Shown here: one piece after another, positions 1 through 13,100 of the stretch | How positions within the stretch are numbered: position 1 is the first letter of the stretch | How the letters are laid out: each line of letters begins with the position of its first letter | Source of the DNA: Eledone cirrhosa | Taxonomy: Eukaryota | Length of the DNA stretch: 64,000 bases | Reading direction: 5' to 3' | Assembly (NCBI GenBank): GCA_964016885.1 | Contig: OZ024746.1 | Coordinates: forward strand, 18,476,001-18,540,000 | Made by a program: the position numbers and the translations under genes | The notes under the pieces: model-generated | What the model was told of the DNA's origin: nothing | Databases searched by the model: none | Seen by the model: only the letters and a program-made list of their open reading frames with translations

Positions 1-1041
1 TAGTGGTAAGGGTGTTGGACTTATGATTATAGTGTCGTAGGTTTGATTCCTGGACTGAGTTGTGCTGTGTTTTTCAGCAAACCACTTCATTTCACATTGC
101 TCCAGTATACTCAGCTGAAAATAAGCACCAGCAATAGCTGAGGTTTTAACCCTATGATGGACTAGTGTGCTGTCCAAGGGAAGTCTTGTACTCTCAGTTG
201 CTTCACGCCATGGAAACGGGGATACAAACTGGTCTGATGAGCCTCTGGGCTCGAGACTGACTTCAAACTTCCAATGTCAATATAGTGCTGTTAACAGACT
301 ACAATTAACAAAACAAGTTTAAGTTGTGAATTAATGTCACTTAACTTTGTTAGTACCTTAAGTATATATAGCTTCACCAGTTTGTGACTTATAGAAGCAA
401 GCTCACATCACATGAGTGTAAATATTATAAAAAGATTGTAAATCTTGTTATATTTGAAAATGTCTTAACTATTGTTGTTGTGAGTTAGTAGTAGATGTTT
501 CATCTCTAACAGAACTATAACATGAATGTCGCCAGTTGAATAAACTATTCCTTTGTTTCTAGTCGTAGCCATCTATTTTTATTATAAGGGGTTTTATCCT
601 AAAATATGGGTCTTAAATAAATGACCAATTTAAACATTGAAAGAGGTTTATGCTGCTATGTTGAATATATTGATCTATTTTACAGAAACATTGAATTGGA
701 ATGCAATGGGTTGCCTTAAATGTGTATAAATTAATTGTTTTTACCTGTGATACATAGTAAAAGCAATTTATGATATTATTTGCCATTTATGAAGGCGCAT
801 GAATTAGTGGTTAGGTAAATGGATTGCAAGTTCAATTCCCGGACTGGGCAATGCATTATGTCCTTGATCAAGACACTTTATTTCACTTTGCTCTTTCTGC
901 CAGGAGTTGTGACTGGTAGATAGTATCAGCATTGGAAAGACCAATGGAAACATTGTTTCCTTGGTCTGAATGAGGTCTGGGATCTAGTTGATTATTTCCT
1001 AAAATAAATGGTAAATGATAAATTGTAAAAAGTACACTCAC

Positions 1042-4000
1042 CCTGATAAGTGGTAGGTTTGTAAAGTTATGTATCCATTTTCAAGAGTATAATTTCTAAA
1101 AAAAGGAGTACACGTGTTGTCATCTTTTGCTGTAAGCACGTGCAAGCAGCCACTGGCTCCATTATCTTCCGATACAGGTGGTGCAGGCAGACTGATATTT
1201 ATAGGAATGGTAAATGGAACATCACTATTTGGGGTTAACATTACAGCAACACTAATGGAAAGTATATTATTGAGTTGAGGGTCTTGTATTTGAGCTGACA
1301 GCATAGCATCTTCACTGATACTGACAATCTATAAATCACCAGGAAAAAGAAGCACATTTATTTATCACATGTTAAATTCTCAAAAGGTAATAATAGCAAA
1401 TTGATTACATGGAATAAAATAGTTTTAGTTGATGTAAAGTGTTTGGAAATATGCAGATTTGAGAAATTTCCTTTGGAATGTTTTTATTTGTTTTATAGTA
1501 TTGTTTCATTTGAAAAATATATTTGTATACAGTTTTTAAAATAATTTATACTTAGTATAGTTAATATGAAGCATTGTGAGATATGTAATAAATGACTGGT
1601 TTCAGAAAGCCAGTACAATGTGGAAATATATAAAAGGTAAAGGATGATAAATAAAACAAAATAAATCCTACCAGATTTCTATATTCATAACATATTGTGA
1701 CATATTTTTAAACAATGCTTGTCGACCTTGAACTATATTTTATAGCCTATGAATTTTCCTCACTCACCTGCATGATTACCTGCAGATGTTGTTCAACATT
1801 ATCTCTTGGTATACATAAAGTTATGTTTGAGCCATCAGATGAAACAAATTCTCCTCCTCCTCGAGATATGCTGAATATCTCTTTAAATACTTTCACCAGA
1901 CCATGGGGTCTTGGATTAGCAGTTTCTTTAGAGTGATTACAGCTGCATGAAATATTTTCTTCCAAATTAAACTGGACAGTTGGCCTACAAGAAAATGTGT
2001 ATTTAGTATTCTAGTGATAGCTCATTTAAAATGTTTGTTTGGTATATCTGATACTTCTGAACTTCTGCTGTTGCTGCCACTACCACCATCTGCCGCCACC
2101 CACCCACCATCCACTTCTTTGTGGTGATATGATAAAACCTGTCCATCTCACACAATCCAGCATTAATTGCCTCAGTCCTTCACTTGATAATTCTGTATCT
2201 TGCTCAATGACTCTTTAATGTCTTGAGAGGTCTTCCACGTTTGTGTTTCACTTTAGTGAGCTCCCATAGTTCTATATGACTTTAGTATTCAATACATTGT
2301 AACTAACATCATCCTTCTATATAACTAACCATTCCTTTCTAGTCCTCTCACCATCCTACTTGTGCCTGGCTCTATTATTATCAGCTTCCTTATCTCTTTC
2401 TTGTTAAAAAATATGTAACTGTCATTACTGTCTCCTGCCCTGGTTCTTCTCTAATTACTCTCTCTCTCTCCTGTATCTAGTTGCTCTCTCTCTCTTCTCT
2501 TTACATTCTTGATAACATTGTATTTAATGAAGACAACATAGACTACTGTAGACCCTTTAGTTTTTCAGTGTAGAAATGATTCTCACTTGTGCCACAATAA
2601 AATACACCCAGTACACTCTGTAAAGTAGTTGAACAAAAGGAGACAATGTAGGGTTGGAAGGACCCTTCAATTTTGCTGAGAGCATAACTTCACTAGTGCT
2701 GGTGCCACAATAAAATACACCCAGTATACTTTATAAAGTAGTAAAATGTTTACATTTAAAAAAAATTTTTTAGCAAAGATATTTTATTATTTTTCTAAAA
2801 TATGACAATACACTAAATTCTTGCAATATAGAATGTGTATTATTTAGCAGAAAATTGATGTTAACCTCTGTTCTACTCACCAACTAGCATCCCTGGTTTC
2901 TTCATAAACAGCTTCCGGTTCCAACCAATCATAAATGTCTATTACTGCTGGATCACTTGTAGATACATCACTAGCAATACTGACCTCAATCTCATCAGCA
3001 AAGCCACTTGTACTGTCACTTGTAGGAAGATTTTTTTCTTTGCAGTTTGTAGTTTCAGCGTAAGCAGCGTGTAGCCACTGGCCTCCTTTAGTTAGAACTT
3101 GTTTTGGGCTGGATACATTTGATGCTGAGCTAGTAGTATTATGATTCCATATCTTGGACCTGTTAGGTAGTGTTCTGTAGTGTATTGTTTCATATTGTGA
3201 TAAAGAACTATTCCTTAACATCATGCCTGACTGAGATTGGAAACCTCTAGAATGTTTTCTTTTAATGTATTGATTTGTAGCTGTACAGTTTCTATCACTA
3301 GTGAAATCTTGACGATTTATTGAGGAATAATTTGGTGATTTAGGTTCAATGTGTTTCTCCTGCATTGAATTGCTTTGATGCTTTTTCATGAAATGTTTTT
3401 TTGCTGTGATAAATTCATTGTTTTTTTCCTTTGTGTCTTGTTGACTTGGACAAGTTTTCGTGTTGATATATTCCAAGCTTGTAATTTGTGAGATATATGG
3501 TGGCACACTTGTTACTTTATTGTTACTAATATCCAGTGTACGTAGACGTTTTAGTCTCACAATTTCATAAGGTATGCAATTTATTTGATTGTCATGTACA
3601 ATCAGATGTTGAAGTCGTTTAAGTTGATAGAATCCACATGGTAATTGGCTCAATCTGTTGTGACTGATGTTCAATGATAACAAATTCTTCATTTTTCCTA
3701 TTGAAAAATTATATATTTGATTGCTAGAAATATTCAGGTACATTAAACTGGTTAAACTATTGGATACTTGCTTGATTTTATTTCCTTGAACATGGAGTAT
3801 TCTCAGGTAAGGTAATTGCTGAAGAGATATTGGGACTTCCACCAGTTGGTTATAACTGAGATTTAGATATTTCAATTTCTTGAGCTTGGTAATGGACAAA
3901 CACACCGACATTAGGTTATTGTATGATACATTTAGTTCTTGCAAGTTCTTCAAGTTATCCATACAAGGTATTATATAAGTTAATAAATTTCTACTGAAAT

Positions 4001-4550
4001 TTAGAGATTTAATATTACACAATGACGAAACGACTGGAGGAATCTGCTCAAAGAGATTTTGGGATAAATCTAATTCTTTCAGCATTTTGAGACTTGCCAT
4101 TGATGTTGGCAAATTCTGTAATTTATTTTTATACATGTCAAATTTCTTTAATTTATTTAAGCAACCAATTTGATAGGGAATATCTCTGATTTGGTTGTTT
4201 GCAATTCTAAGGATTCTGAGTTGTTTTAAGAAAATGATGGCATATGGAAAAGAAATGAACCTGTTACTAGTTAGATCTAAGTACTGTAGTTGATGGCAAT
4301 GAATTATTTCTCTGGGAATACTCATCAATTTGTTTTTCTGTAGTTGCAAAACACTTAATGATACCAACATAGCAATGTCATGTGGTAGATAGTCCAGAGA
4401 GTTATCTTGTAGAATTAATACCTTGATTGCTGGGTACCTAAATACACTGGATGGTACTGTCACTAATCTGTGTCTTCGTAAATCAAGCTCAAGATTACCA
4501 TTCAGATTGCGTCGGAGTCGGTATCTGATAGGATCCATGTTAATAAACAT
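1042..4550 (-). CDS. Leucine-rich repeat + ZU5-like domain protein (PIDD1-like architecture), 3' end unresolved
   Basis: Exons 4550-2881, 1984-1768 and 1328-1042 join in frame (phases 2, 0, 2). All donors are GTGAGT and acceptors are pyrimidine-rich TAG. Exon 1 has about 14-15 23-aa LRRs (LxxLxLxxNxLxxLP) followed by a Ser/Lys-rich linker. Exons 2-3 read ISRGGGEFVSSDGSNITLCIPRDNV...SVAVMLTP..VPFTIPINISLPAP...LQTYHLSG, which is ZU5-like. A likely 5'UTR acceptor lies near 4677. The next exon was not found. Confidence 0.8.
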
Positions 4551-7125
4551 CAGTTTATTATATAATGGTAAAATATTCTATAAGAAGTGTATTTCCAAAT
4601 ATCCCCAGGTGTATAATGGTATGCTATATATTATATATGATATTCTTTAAGTTTAAAGAATTTATTAGAAACAACCTATAACCAGAGAAAATTAGGGATA
4701 CTTTTTAGGTGAACATTAAGAAGGCAATTGTTATGTCCATATACTGAGGATGGAGAGTGGCTAGCTATCTTAAACTGGCCTCTGGTCTCTGAAGCATGGG
4801 TAGCATTATATTGGAAAGGTTAATATAAAGTATGAGACTAGTTTCTATACAATACAACAGTACTCTGTGACTAGTAGTTGTCTATTTTATTATATCTCCT
4901 GTATTTTATGTGTCACATTTGATTCCAGATGAAAATAAAATACTGTAATATCGTTTTTAAAGAATATTCGTCCATCAATAACTTTTGTTCTCACATAGAA
5001 ATGAAAAATGTTTTGTTTATTGCTAACATTTGAATTAATTCCACAATACATAACGATTCTCAGAAAAGGTTTAGTCACAGTCAATAAGATTATCAAGAAC
5101 AGTAGCCAATATTTCACTGACAGCTATTGTATGTGTGTGTATGTGTATATAAAATAAATAAAAAGGGTTGGTGAAGACAAGACAAATGGACGGAACACTG
5201 GACAGCCTCCTCTTATCAGTTGACTGTTAGAGATACTATATATACATATGGAGTTTATAAGAAATTCTGACTGTGGAAATAGAACTTATAATCAAATGGG
5301 CTCAGAGTAAACCTGACAAAAAGGGAAGTGGCCTTGTTCAATATGTAGAAAAGGAATAGGTAGAAACTTTATACAATGTGCACAATGTAAACCTTTGATC
5401 CATAAAAGATGTAGTGCGATAGCAGCAGACCAACATATTGTATTGTAATGTCCTGTACCTCATAAAACTGCATTATCAAAGATATTTTTTAAAATGAATA
5501 ATACAGAACTATAACTGCATCATATGAAAATTAATTTTCCCAATGATTTATCAACTAGTAAATATACTATAAACATTTGAATTAACAAACCTACTTTTAG
5601 ATATTTTCTGCTAAATCATTACAGGATGTTAAGAGTTACAAATATTTTAAAACTCTGTTATTGTGTTGTGTTGTTTTTGTTGTTGACTATATAGAATGTT
5701 TGAAGTCATATGTTAGAGATTAAGTATCACTACAAAAAACAAAAAAATCTTTTGTTTCAACAGTATAACAAATTAGAACTAATTATTACAATCCAACAAT
5801 CTCAGTTTATAAGTTCTTTCTCTTCTACTCTCAAAGAATTAATTTGTTTTATAATCATGCTGGCGCTTGTCAGACCGTTTCCTTTTCATACCATTCTCCA
5901 TTGAAGTCTCTGGTGTCCATAGTCCTAGTACTGCTGATTTCTCTGCTAAATCAAAAAGCCTGAGGTAGGAACCGTGAGGTGGGGTGGCTGTTGCAGCTGG
6001 TCTCACTTGCAATGCCTTCATCATTCTGTCTGTTTGACACGGCCAGATCGCTACTCATACTGGGGGTGTAAAGTCTTTCACTCCCTCCCTCCCTTGCTTC
6101 ATTCTCTTTTTACTTTCCGTCTTTTTTTTTTTTTTCGTTTTTTTTTTTTTCGTTTTTTTTTTTTTCGTTTTTTTTTTATTTCATTTAAATATTATTTTTT
6201 TGTCTAACATTGCTACATTAGTATTGAAAATACGAAGTGAACTGTTTGCATTTAGGTTTTTAAAAAAATGTGTGTTCTTACCCTTTTCAACTGGTTGCGT
6301 ACTCCTCTCTTTCTAAAGGCTCTTTTAGCTCAAATCCTTTTTTTTTTTTTTTTTGCCTTCAAGTCCTGTTTTAATTTATAGCATGACATTTTAACAAATC
6401 ACCACTATCAGATTTTTGCTGTTTGCTGTCTCCATGACGATGTCAACTGAACGTGGGCCAACTGACTTGATTGTTGTGTTTACCTAATGAGAGCAGCAAA
6501 GTAGAAAAAACAAAGCATCAGATAGGATTACTCTAATGATCATCTCCCTGCAGATGATTTTTATTTACAGGTTTTCAACTTGTTTTCACTGACTAGATCG
6601 TAATGATAATGGATTTTATTACATGAGAATCAAGAGAAATATCACAGCTGACTCTTATTAAATGGACTATTATTATTATTATTATTTTTTTAATGAATAA
6701 AGAAATTATTATTATCATTATTACTCTCTATTAATTTAATATAATTTTCACATTGTTGTGCTGCAATTTTATTATTGATTTTAGGTCGATAATATCTTTA
6801 ATGTCCTCCTATTTTAGGTTGATAATATCTTTGATGCCCTCCTATTTTAGGTTGATAATATATTTAATGTCCTCCTATTTTTCTACACATTACTTATTCA
6901 CTGATTTTACATAGTACAGCAGCAGTATTACCAACAAAAAAAATAAAGAAAATCCAAAATCTTTACCTGTTAATCTTGCTCTTTTTAAATGTTGGATTCA
7001 GTTAAATCGTTGGTTGACCTCCTTCTTTCATGTCAATTTAAGTCGGATATTTTTTTAAATGTTGATTAAGGCACATGCACCTGTTCTTTAAACAAAGTAT
7101 ATTTATTTGATATTTATTTTTCTAG

Positions 7126-10100
7126 ATTGCAAGAAGCAGTCCCGTATGGCTAGCCTCTCTAAAGAAAGAGATACTATTCAAATTGCCATCAGAGCATATA
7201 AATCAATGTTTGAAACAACTGAACAACTCATTAACGAATTGAAAAGTAAGTATTTTAGTGTTGTGTATGTTTAATTGTGACTACAACGAATTTGTAATGT
7301 CATCTTATAGGGTAATGTTGTTTTATAGGAGTGTATCACTCTGTGAGATGGAGTAGTGTCTTAATGATTTTAAAACATATATTATTTAAGATTATCATTT
7401 ATTTTATACCTAGTGAATGTCTGAGGTATTGTTAAACAATCTTTTAGCCAAATTCTTGTATATGGCTGAATTTTTAAAGATAATGACTGTGGCACTACAT
7501 ACTAATGAAATAATTATCAGTTATTGTGCTTCCATTGTCTATATTCGTTAGCTAGATGGACTAGGAAAAGGATTTTCTTTTGGTGGGATGGGTAGGTGGG
7601 TAAATGTCACTATAACGTGGTGATAAAAAGTGAATTATTGATATTTTGTCAGAAAGACTGGTACTCTAGTGTTTTGACCCACTGACACTTAGCTGAATGT
7701 CTGTTCATAGAATTAATGTTTGTTATTGTTTTGCTTTTCTCTTCTTCTATATGACTATCATCATCATCATGTAAGCAATAATAGCGATATGAAGTTCAGC
7801 ACTACAAGGAACTTGTCTTAAACACAGTATTGGTCTGGCATTTGAGACTGCCAATATCTAGTGATACATCCTACTTAACATATTACTTTAATGGTTCTTA
7901 GATACTGAAGGTTATCAGCTTGGGTCTCCTGAAAACTTTCTCTGCTAGAGATTCAACATTAGTGATAACATAGTGGGGGAAACATTGATCCTATCTTGTA
8001 TGGATTACTTTTCATAATTCTGGTTTAACAATAATTGTTTCTACTTTTTGGCACAAGGCCAGCAATTATCCCAGTGTATTACTGGTACTTTATTTTATCG
8101 ACCCCGTAAGGATGAAAGGCAAAGTTAACCTCGGCGGGATTTGAACTCAGACCATAAAGGGCTGTAACTCTTTGCTGTAAAGCATGTCCGACCATCTACT
8201 GATACTGCCAATCCACCGCCCTCTCTGGTCTAACAATAATGGTTTCTGATTTAGACACAAGGACAACAATTTAGGTGGGAGACAAAGCTGTTTAAATTGA
8301 TCCCAGTCTGTTACTGGTACTTTATTTTATGAACCCTGTAAAGCTAATCTTGGTGGAATTTGAACTCAGAATGTAAAGGGACGTAATTATATGCCACAAA
8401 GCATGTCTGACGCTCTACTGATTCTGCCTCAGAAGAACTCAAGATAATAATTTAAAATATTAAAATATCAGCAAAATATCTGAACTACAAGGTTTATTTT
8501 TATGATTTGAAGCTCTTCAATAGTAACTACCAATAAAATGAAATTGTTTGAAATATTCTTTTATTTATCATTTAAAATATTGGGGTTTTTTTTTAATATC
8601 ATATAACGTAATCTCTTATATATAGTCTCAAACCCAGAAATATCAGTTGTTTTTTTAATATAAATATAACCATGTCTCTTATGTTTAGTCTCAAACCATG
8701 AGGCTAGTCACTTAGAACAGCAACTACGCATGGAGTTGAAGAAGCAAAACATTCCGCTGTCCCAGCTTCAGTCAATAGAGCAAATTGATACTCTACTTCA
8801 GACAAGAATGAAAGAACGAGATGATCTGCTCAGCAGACCACGTCGACTCTGTGGTCTTACACAAACACCTACTGATCCAGAGATACTGGGGAAGGTGAGT
8901 TTAATTATTCTAAATCTTTTTCAAGTGTCTGAGGAAGTGAGAAAGAAATATAGAGGAAGAATTGACCCCAGTACTAGACTGGTACTTTTTTTATTAACCT
9001 TGAATGGATGAAAGGCAAAGTTGACCTCAGCCGGATTTGAACTGAGATAGCAGAAATGAATATCTGATGTTCTAATGACTGTCAATTCCCCACCTATGCT
9101 TGTGAATGTACTCGGTTGTAAATTTTAAAGAACCAACAATATTTAGATTTATGACTGTTGAGATCCAGCTAATGATATGAGACCTGTTTACTGGAATTTG
9201 AACTTGTAATTACTGTATTAATCATATAGGTATCTACTAATTGTAAATGTAATTATATTACATCTGTTTTTCCAGGCTCAGATAGTGGATATATAAATTC
9301 AAATATCTTTCATAAATAAAGCAAAGGTTTTACTTTTGGATGATATCAGACAACTGTCAATAAAAAATGGTATATATATTTGTGGAATAGATTAACTGTG
9401 TCAAGCAGAATGTGACATGTTAGTACTTAGTTTGAAATTTTAATTTTTTTTATCTAATCCAACATGATTTTATCATATTTCTATAAATTCTCTTGGCAGA
9501 TTGGTCAGCTTGCAGAACTTCAAGACCATGATATAGCTCGTGTCCTCTCTTGGCATATGTCAGCTGATATGGACTGTGTTGTTACTACAACTACTAAAAA
9601 GGTGTGTGTTCTAAAGTTCATTTTTCATGTCATTTTTCCTCATCAAATACAGTTGTTTTATAACATACCTCTTGGGCTGCCATGAGCTGGTAACAGGTAG
9701 CCTCCCTATTACTGTCTTCCCAGCTCAGCTAACCCCAATAAGGGTGCAAGCATGCTAGTGCTGAAATGTGGCAGTATTATTACCACAATAAAATGCACCC
9801 AACCCACTGTAAAGTGGTAGTACTGGTGACACTATCCTTACGGGGTCAATAAAATAAAGTACCAGTAATGCACTGGTTAATTGCTGGCCTTGTGCCTAAA
9901 GTAGAAACAATTATCACATACTTTAGGATCAGTTCAAGGAACATTGTTTGTACCTTGAAATCCTTTTTCTTTGCCCACTTATTCCTGTGAGGGTTATGGG
10001 GCTGGATCCCTAAGCAAGACCAACTGAGTTCATGGATGTTATCCAACCATCTTAGTTGATGTTTACTGCTTGAGATCTAATAATAATTAATTGATATTTC

Positions 10101-13100
10101 ATTAATCTCAACAGGCCAAAGAAATATACAACCAAACTAGTGGAAAGCAGCAAGTATTACCACTAGATTCTATTTATAAGAAAACCCTTCCAGAATGGGA
10201 TAAGTAAGTATAATGGATTTCTACATTTGTTTGAATAAAATAAAAAATATTGTGAACTAAATTATTAAAATTGAAATAGTTTAAAGTCTGCATCTCACGT
10301 ACAGTTATATGTTGTACGAATGTAAATTTATAGAGCATGAATAATAAATAATAATACAATCAAGTGTTTAGGGAGAATCTATTTGTTTTATTTATGTTTC
10401 ATCAAATATAGAAAATAACTACAGATAGGGATGATTTGGTGATTGGTGTAGCTCTCAGTGCCAATGTTTGGTGCTAGCCCTTGCAGAAACTTCCACATAT
10501 ATATCTCTGCATATCTTTCTTGTCTTTGTTCCAATGAGTAGAGTCTTAAATCTTTCAGTCTCTTCCGGGAGCTTTTCATTGAAGCAATCATCTTAGGATT
10601 GCTTCAAGTTCTGCAATAAATTTGGTAAAACCATCATCTATATTGCAGTCTTTTCTCTTGCCCACTACATTTCATTCCTCTTATACCCCAGTCTTTTCTC
10701 TTGCCCACTACATTTCATTCCTCTTATACCCCAGTCTTCTCTCTTGCACACTACATTTCATTCCTCTTATACCCCAGTCTTCTCTCTTGCACACTACATT
10801 TCATTCCTCTTATACCCCAGTCTTCTCTCTTGCACACTACATTTCATTCCTCTTATACCCCAGTCTTTTCTCTTGCAACTACATTTCATTTCTCTTATAC
10901 CCCAGTCTTCTCTCTTGCAACTACATTTCATTTCTCTTATACCCCAGTCTTTTCTCTTGCAACTACATTTCATTCCTCTTATACCCCAGTCTTTTCTCTT
11001 GCACACTACATTTCATTCCTCTTATACCCCAGTCTTTTCTCTTGCAACTACATTTCATTCCTCTTATACCCCAGTCTTCTCTCTTGCACACTACATTTCA
11101 TTTCTCTTATACCCCAGTCTTCTCTCTTGCAACTACATTTCATTTCTCTTATACCCCAGTCTTCTCTCTTGCACACTACATTTCATTCCTCTTATACCCC
11201 AGTCTTCTCTCTTGCACACTACATTTCATTCCTCTTATACCCCAGTCTTTTCTCTTGCAACTACATTTCATTCCTCTTATACCCCAGTCTTCTCTCTTGC
11301 AACTACATTTCATTCCTCTTATACCCCAGTCTTTTCTCTTGCACACTACATTTCATTCCTCTTATACCCCAGTCTTCTCTCTTGCACACTACATTTCATT
11401 CCTCTTATACCCCAGTCTTTTCTCTTGCCCACTACATTTCATTCCTCTTATACCCCAGTCTTTTCTCTTGCCCACTACATTTCATTCCTCTTATACCCCA
11501 GTCTTCTCTCTTGCACACTACATTTCATTCCTCTTATACCCCAGTCTTCTTTCTTGCACACTACATTTCATTCCTCTTATACCCCAGTCTTCTCTCTTGC
11601 ACACTACATTTCATTCCTCTTATACCCCAGTCTTTTCTCTTGCAACTACATTTCATTTCTCTTATACCCCAGTCTTCTCTCTTGCAACTACATTTCATTT
11701 CTCTTATACCCCAGTCTTTTCTCTTGCAACTACATTTCATTTCTCTTATACCCCAGTCTTCTCTCTTGCAACTACATTTCATTTCTCTTATACCCCAGTC
11801 TTTTCGCTTGCAACTACATTTCATTCCTCTTATACCCCAGTCTTCTCTCTTGCACACTACATTTCATTCCTCTTATACCCCAGTCTTCTCTCTTGCACAC
11901 TACATTTCATTCCTCTTATACCCCAGTCTTCTCTCTTGCACACTACATTTCATTCCTCTTATACCCCAGTCTTTTCTCTTGCAACTACATTTCATTTCTC
12001 TTATACCCCAGTCTTCTCTCTTGCAACTACATTTCATTCCTCTTATACCCCAGTCTTCTCTCTTGCACACTACATTTCATTCCTCTTATACCCCAGTCTT
12101 TTCTCTTGCAACTACATTTCATTCCTCTTATACCCCAGTCTTTTCTCTTGCACACTACATTTCATTCCTCTTATACCCCAGTCTTTTCTCTTGCAACTAC
12201 ATTTCATTCCTCTTATACCCCAGTCTTTTCTCTTGCAACTACATTTCATTCCTCTTATACCCCAGTCTTCTCTCTTGCAACTACATTTCATTCCTCTTAT
12301 ACCCCAGTCTTTTCTCTTGCAACTACATTTCATTCCTCTTATACCCCAGTCTTCTCTCTTGCAACTACATTTCATTTCTCTTATACCCCAGTCTTTTCTC
12401 TTGCAACTACATTTCATTCCTCTTATACCCCAGTCTTCTCTCTTGCAACTACATTACATTTCTCTTATACCCCAGTCTTCTCTCTTGCAACTACATTTCA
12501 TTTCTCTTATACCCCTGTCTTCTCTCTTGCAACTACATTTCATTCCTCTTATACCCCAGTCTTTTCTCTTGCAACTACATTTCATTCCTCTTATACCCCA
12601 GTCTTCTCTCTTGCAACTACATTTCATTTCTCTTATACCCCAGTCTTTTCTCTTGCAACTACATTTCATTTCTCTTATACCCCAGTCTTCTCTCTTGCAA
12701 CTACATTTCATTTCTCTTATACCCCAGTCTTCTCTCTTGCAACTACATTTCATTCCTCTTATACCCCAGTCTTTTCTCTTGCAACTACATTTCATTCCTC
12801 TTATACCCCAGTCTTTTCTCTTGCAACTACATTTCATTCCTCTTATACCCCAGTCTTTTCTCTTGCAACTACATTTCATTCCTCTTATACCCCAGTCTTC
12901 TCTCTTGCAACTACATTTCATTTTTCTTATACCCCAGTCTTTTCTCTTGCAACTACATTTCATTCCTCTTATACCCCAGTCTTCTCTCTTGCAACTACAT
13001 TTAATTCCTCTTATACCCCAGTCTTTTCTCTTGCAACTACATTTCATTCCTCTTATACCCCAGTCTTCTCTCTTGCAACTACATTTCATTCCTCTTATAC

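Noticed and set aside
230-270. CTGATGA-GCC/GGC hairpin resembling a hammerhead
   Set aside because: No GAAA box or helix III/NUH; it is part of a SINE tail.
350-750. Candidate next exon of the LRR-ZU5 gene
   Set aside because: The tested acceptors (about 744 and about 572) hit stops within 1-10 codons in the required phase; not supportable.
4423-4650. Plus-strand ORF containing LLYNG/GT as the missing upstream SMCHD1 exon
   Set aside because: It overlaps the LRR start antisense and shows no other SMCHD1 similarity; likely chance.
5839-6075. GC-richer segment with a short ORF upstream of the LRR gene
   Set aside because: Could be a 5'UTR exon or a repeat relic; no recognisable homology or convincing frame connection.
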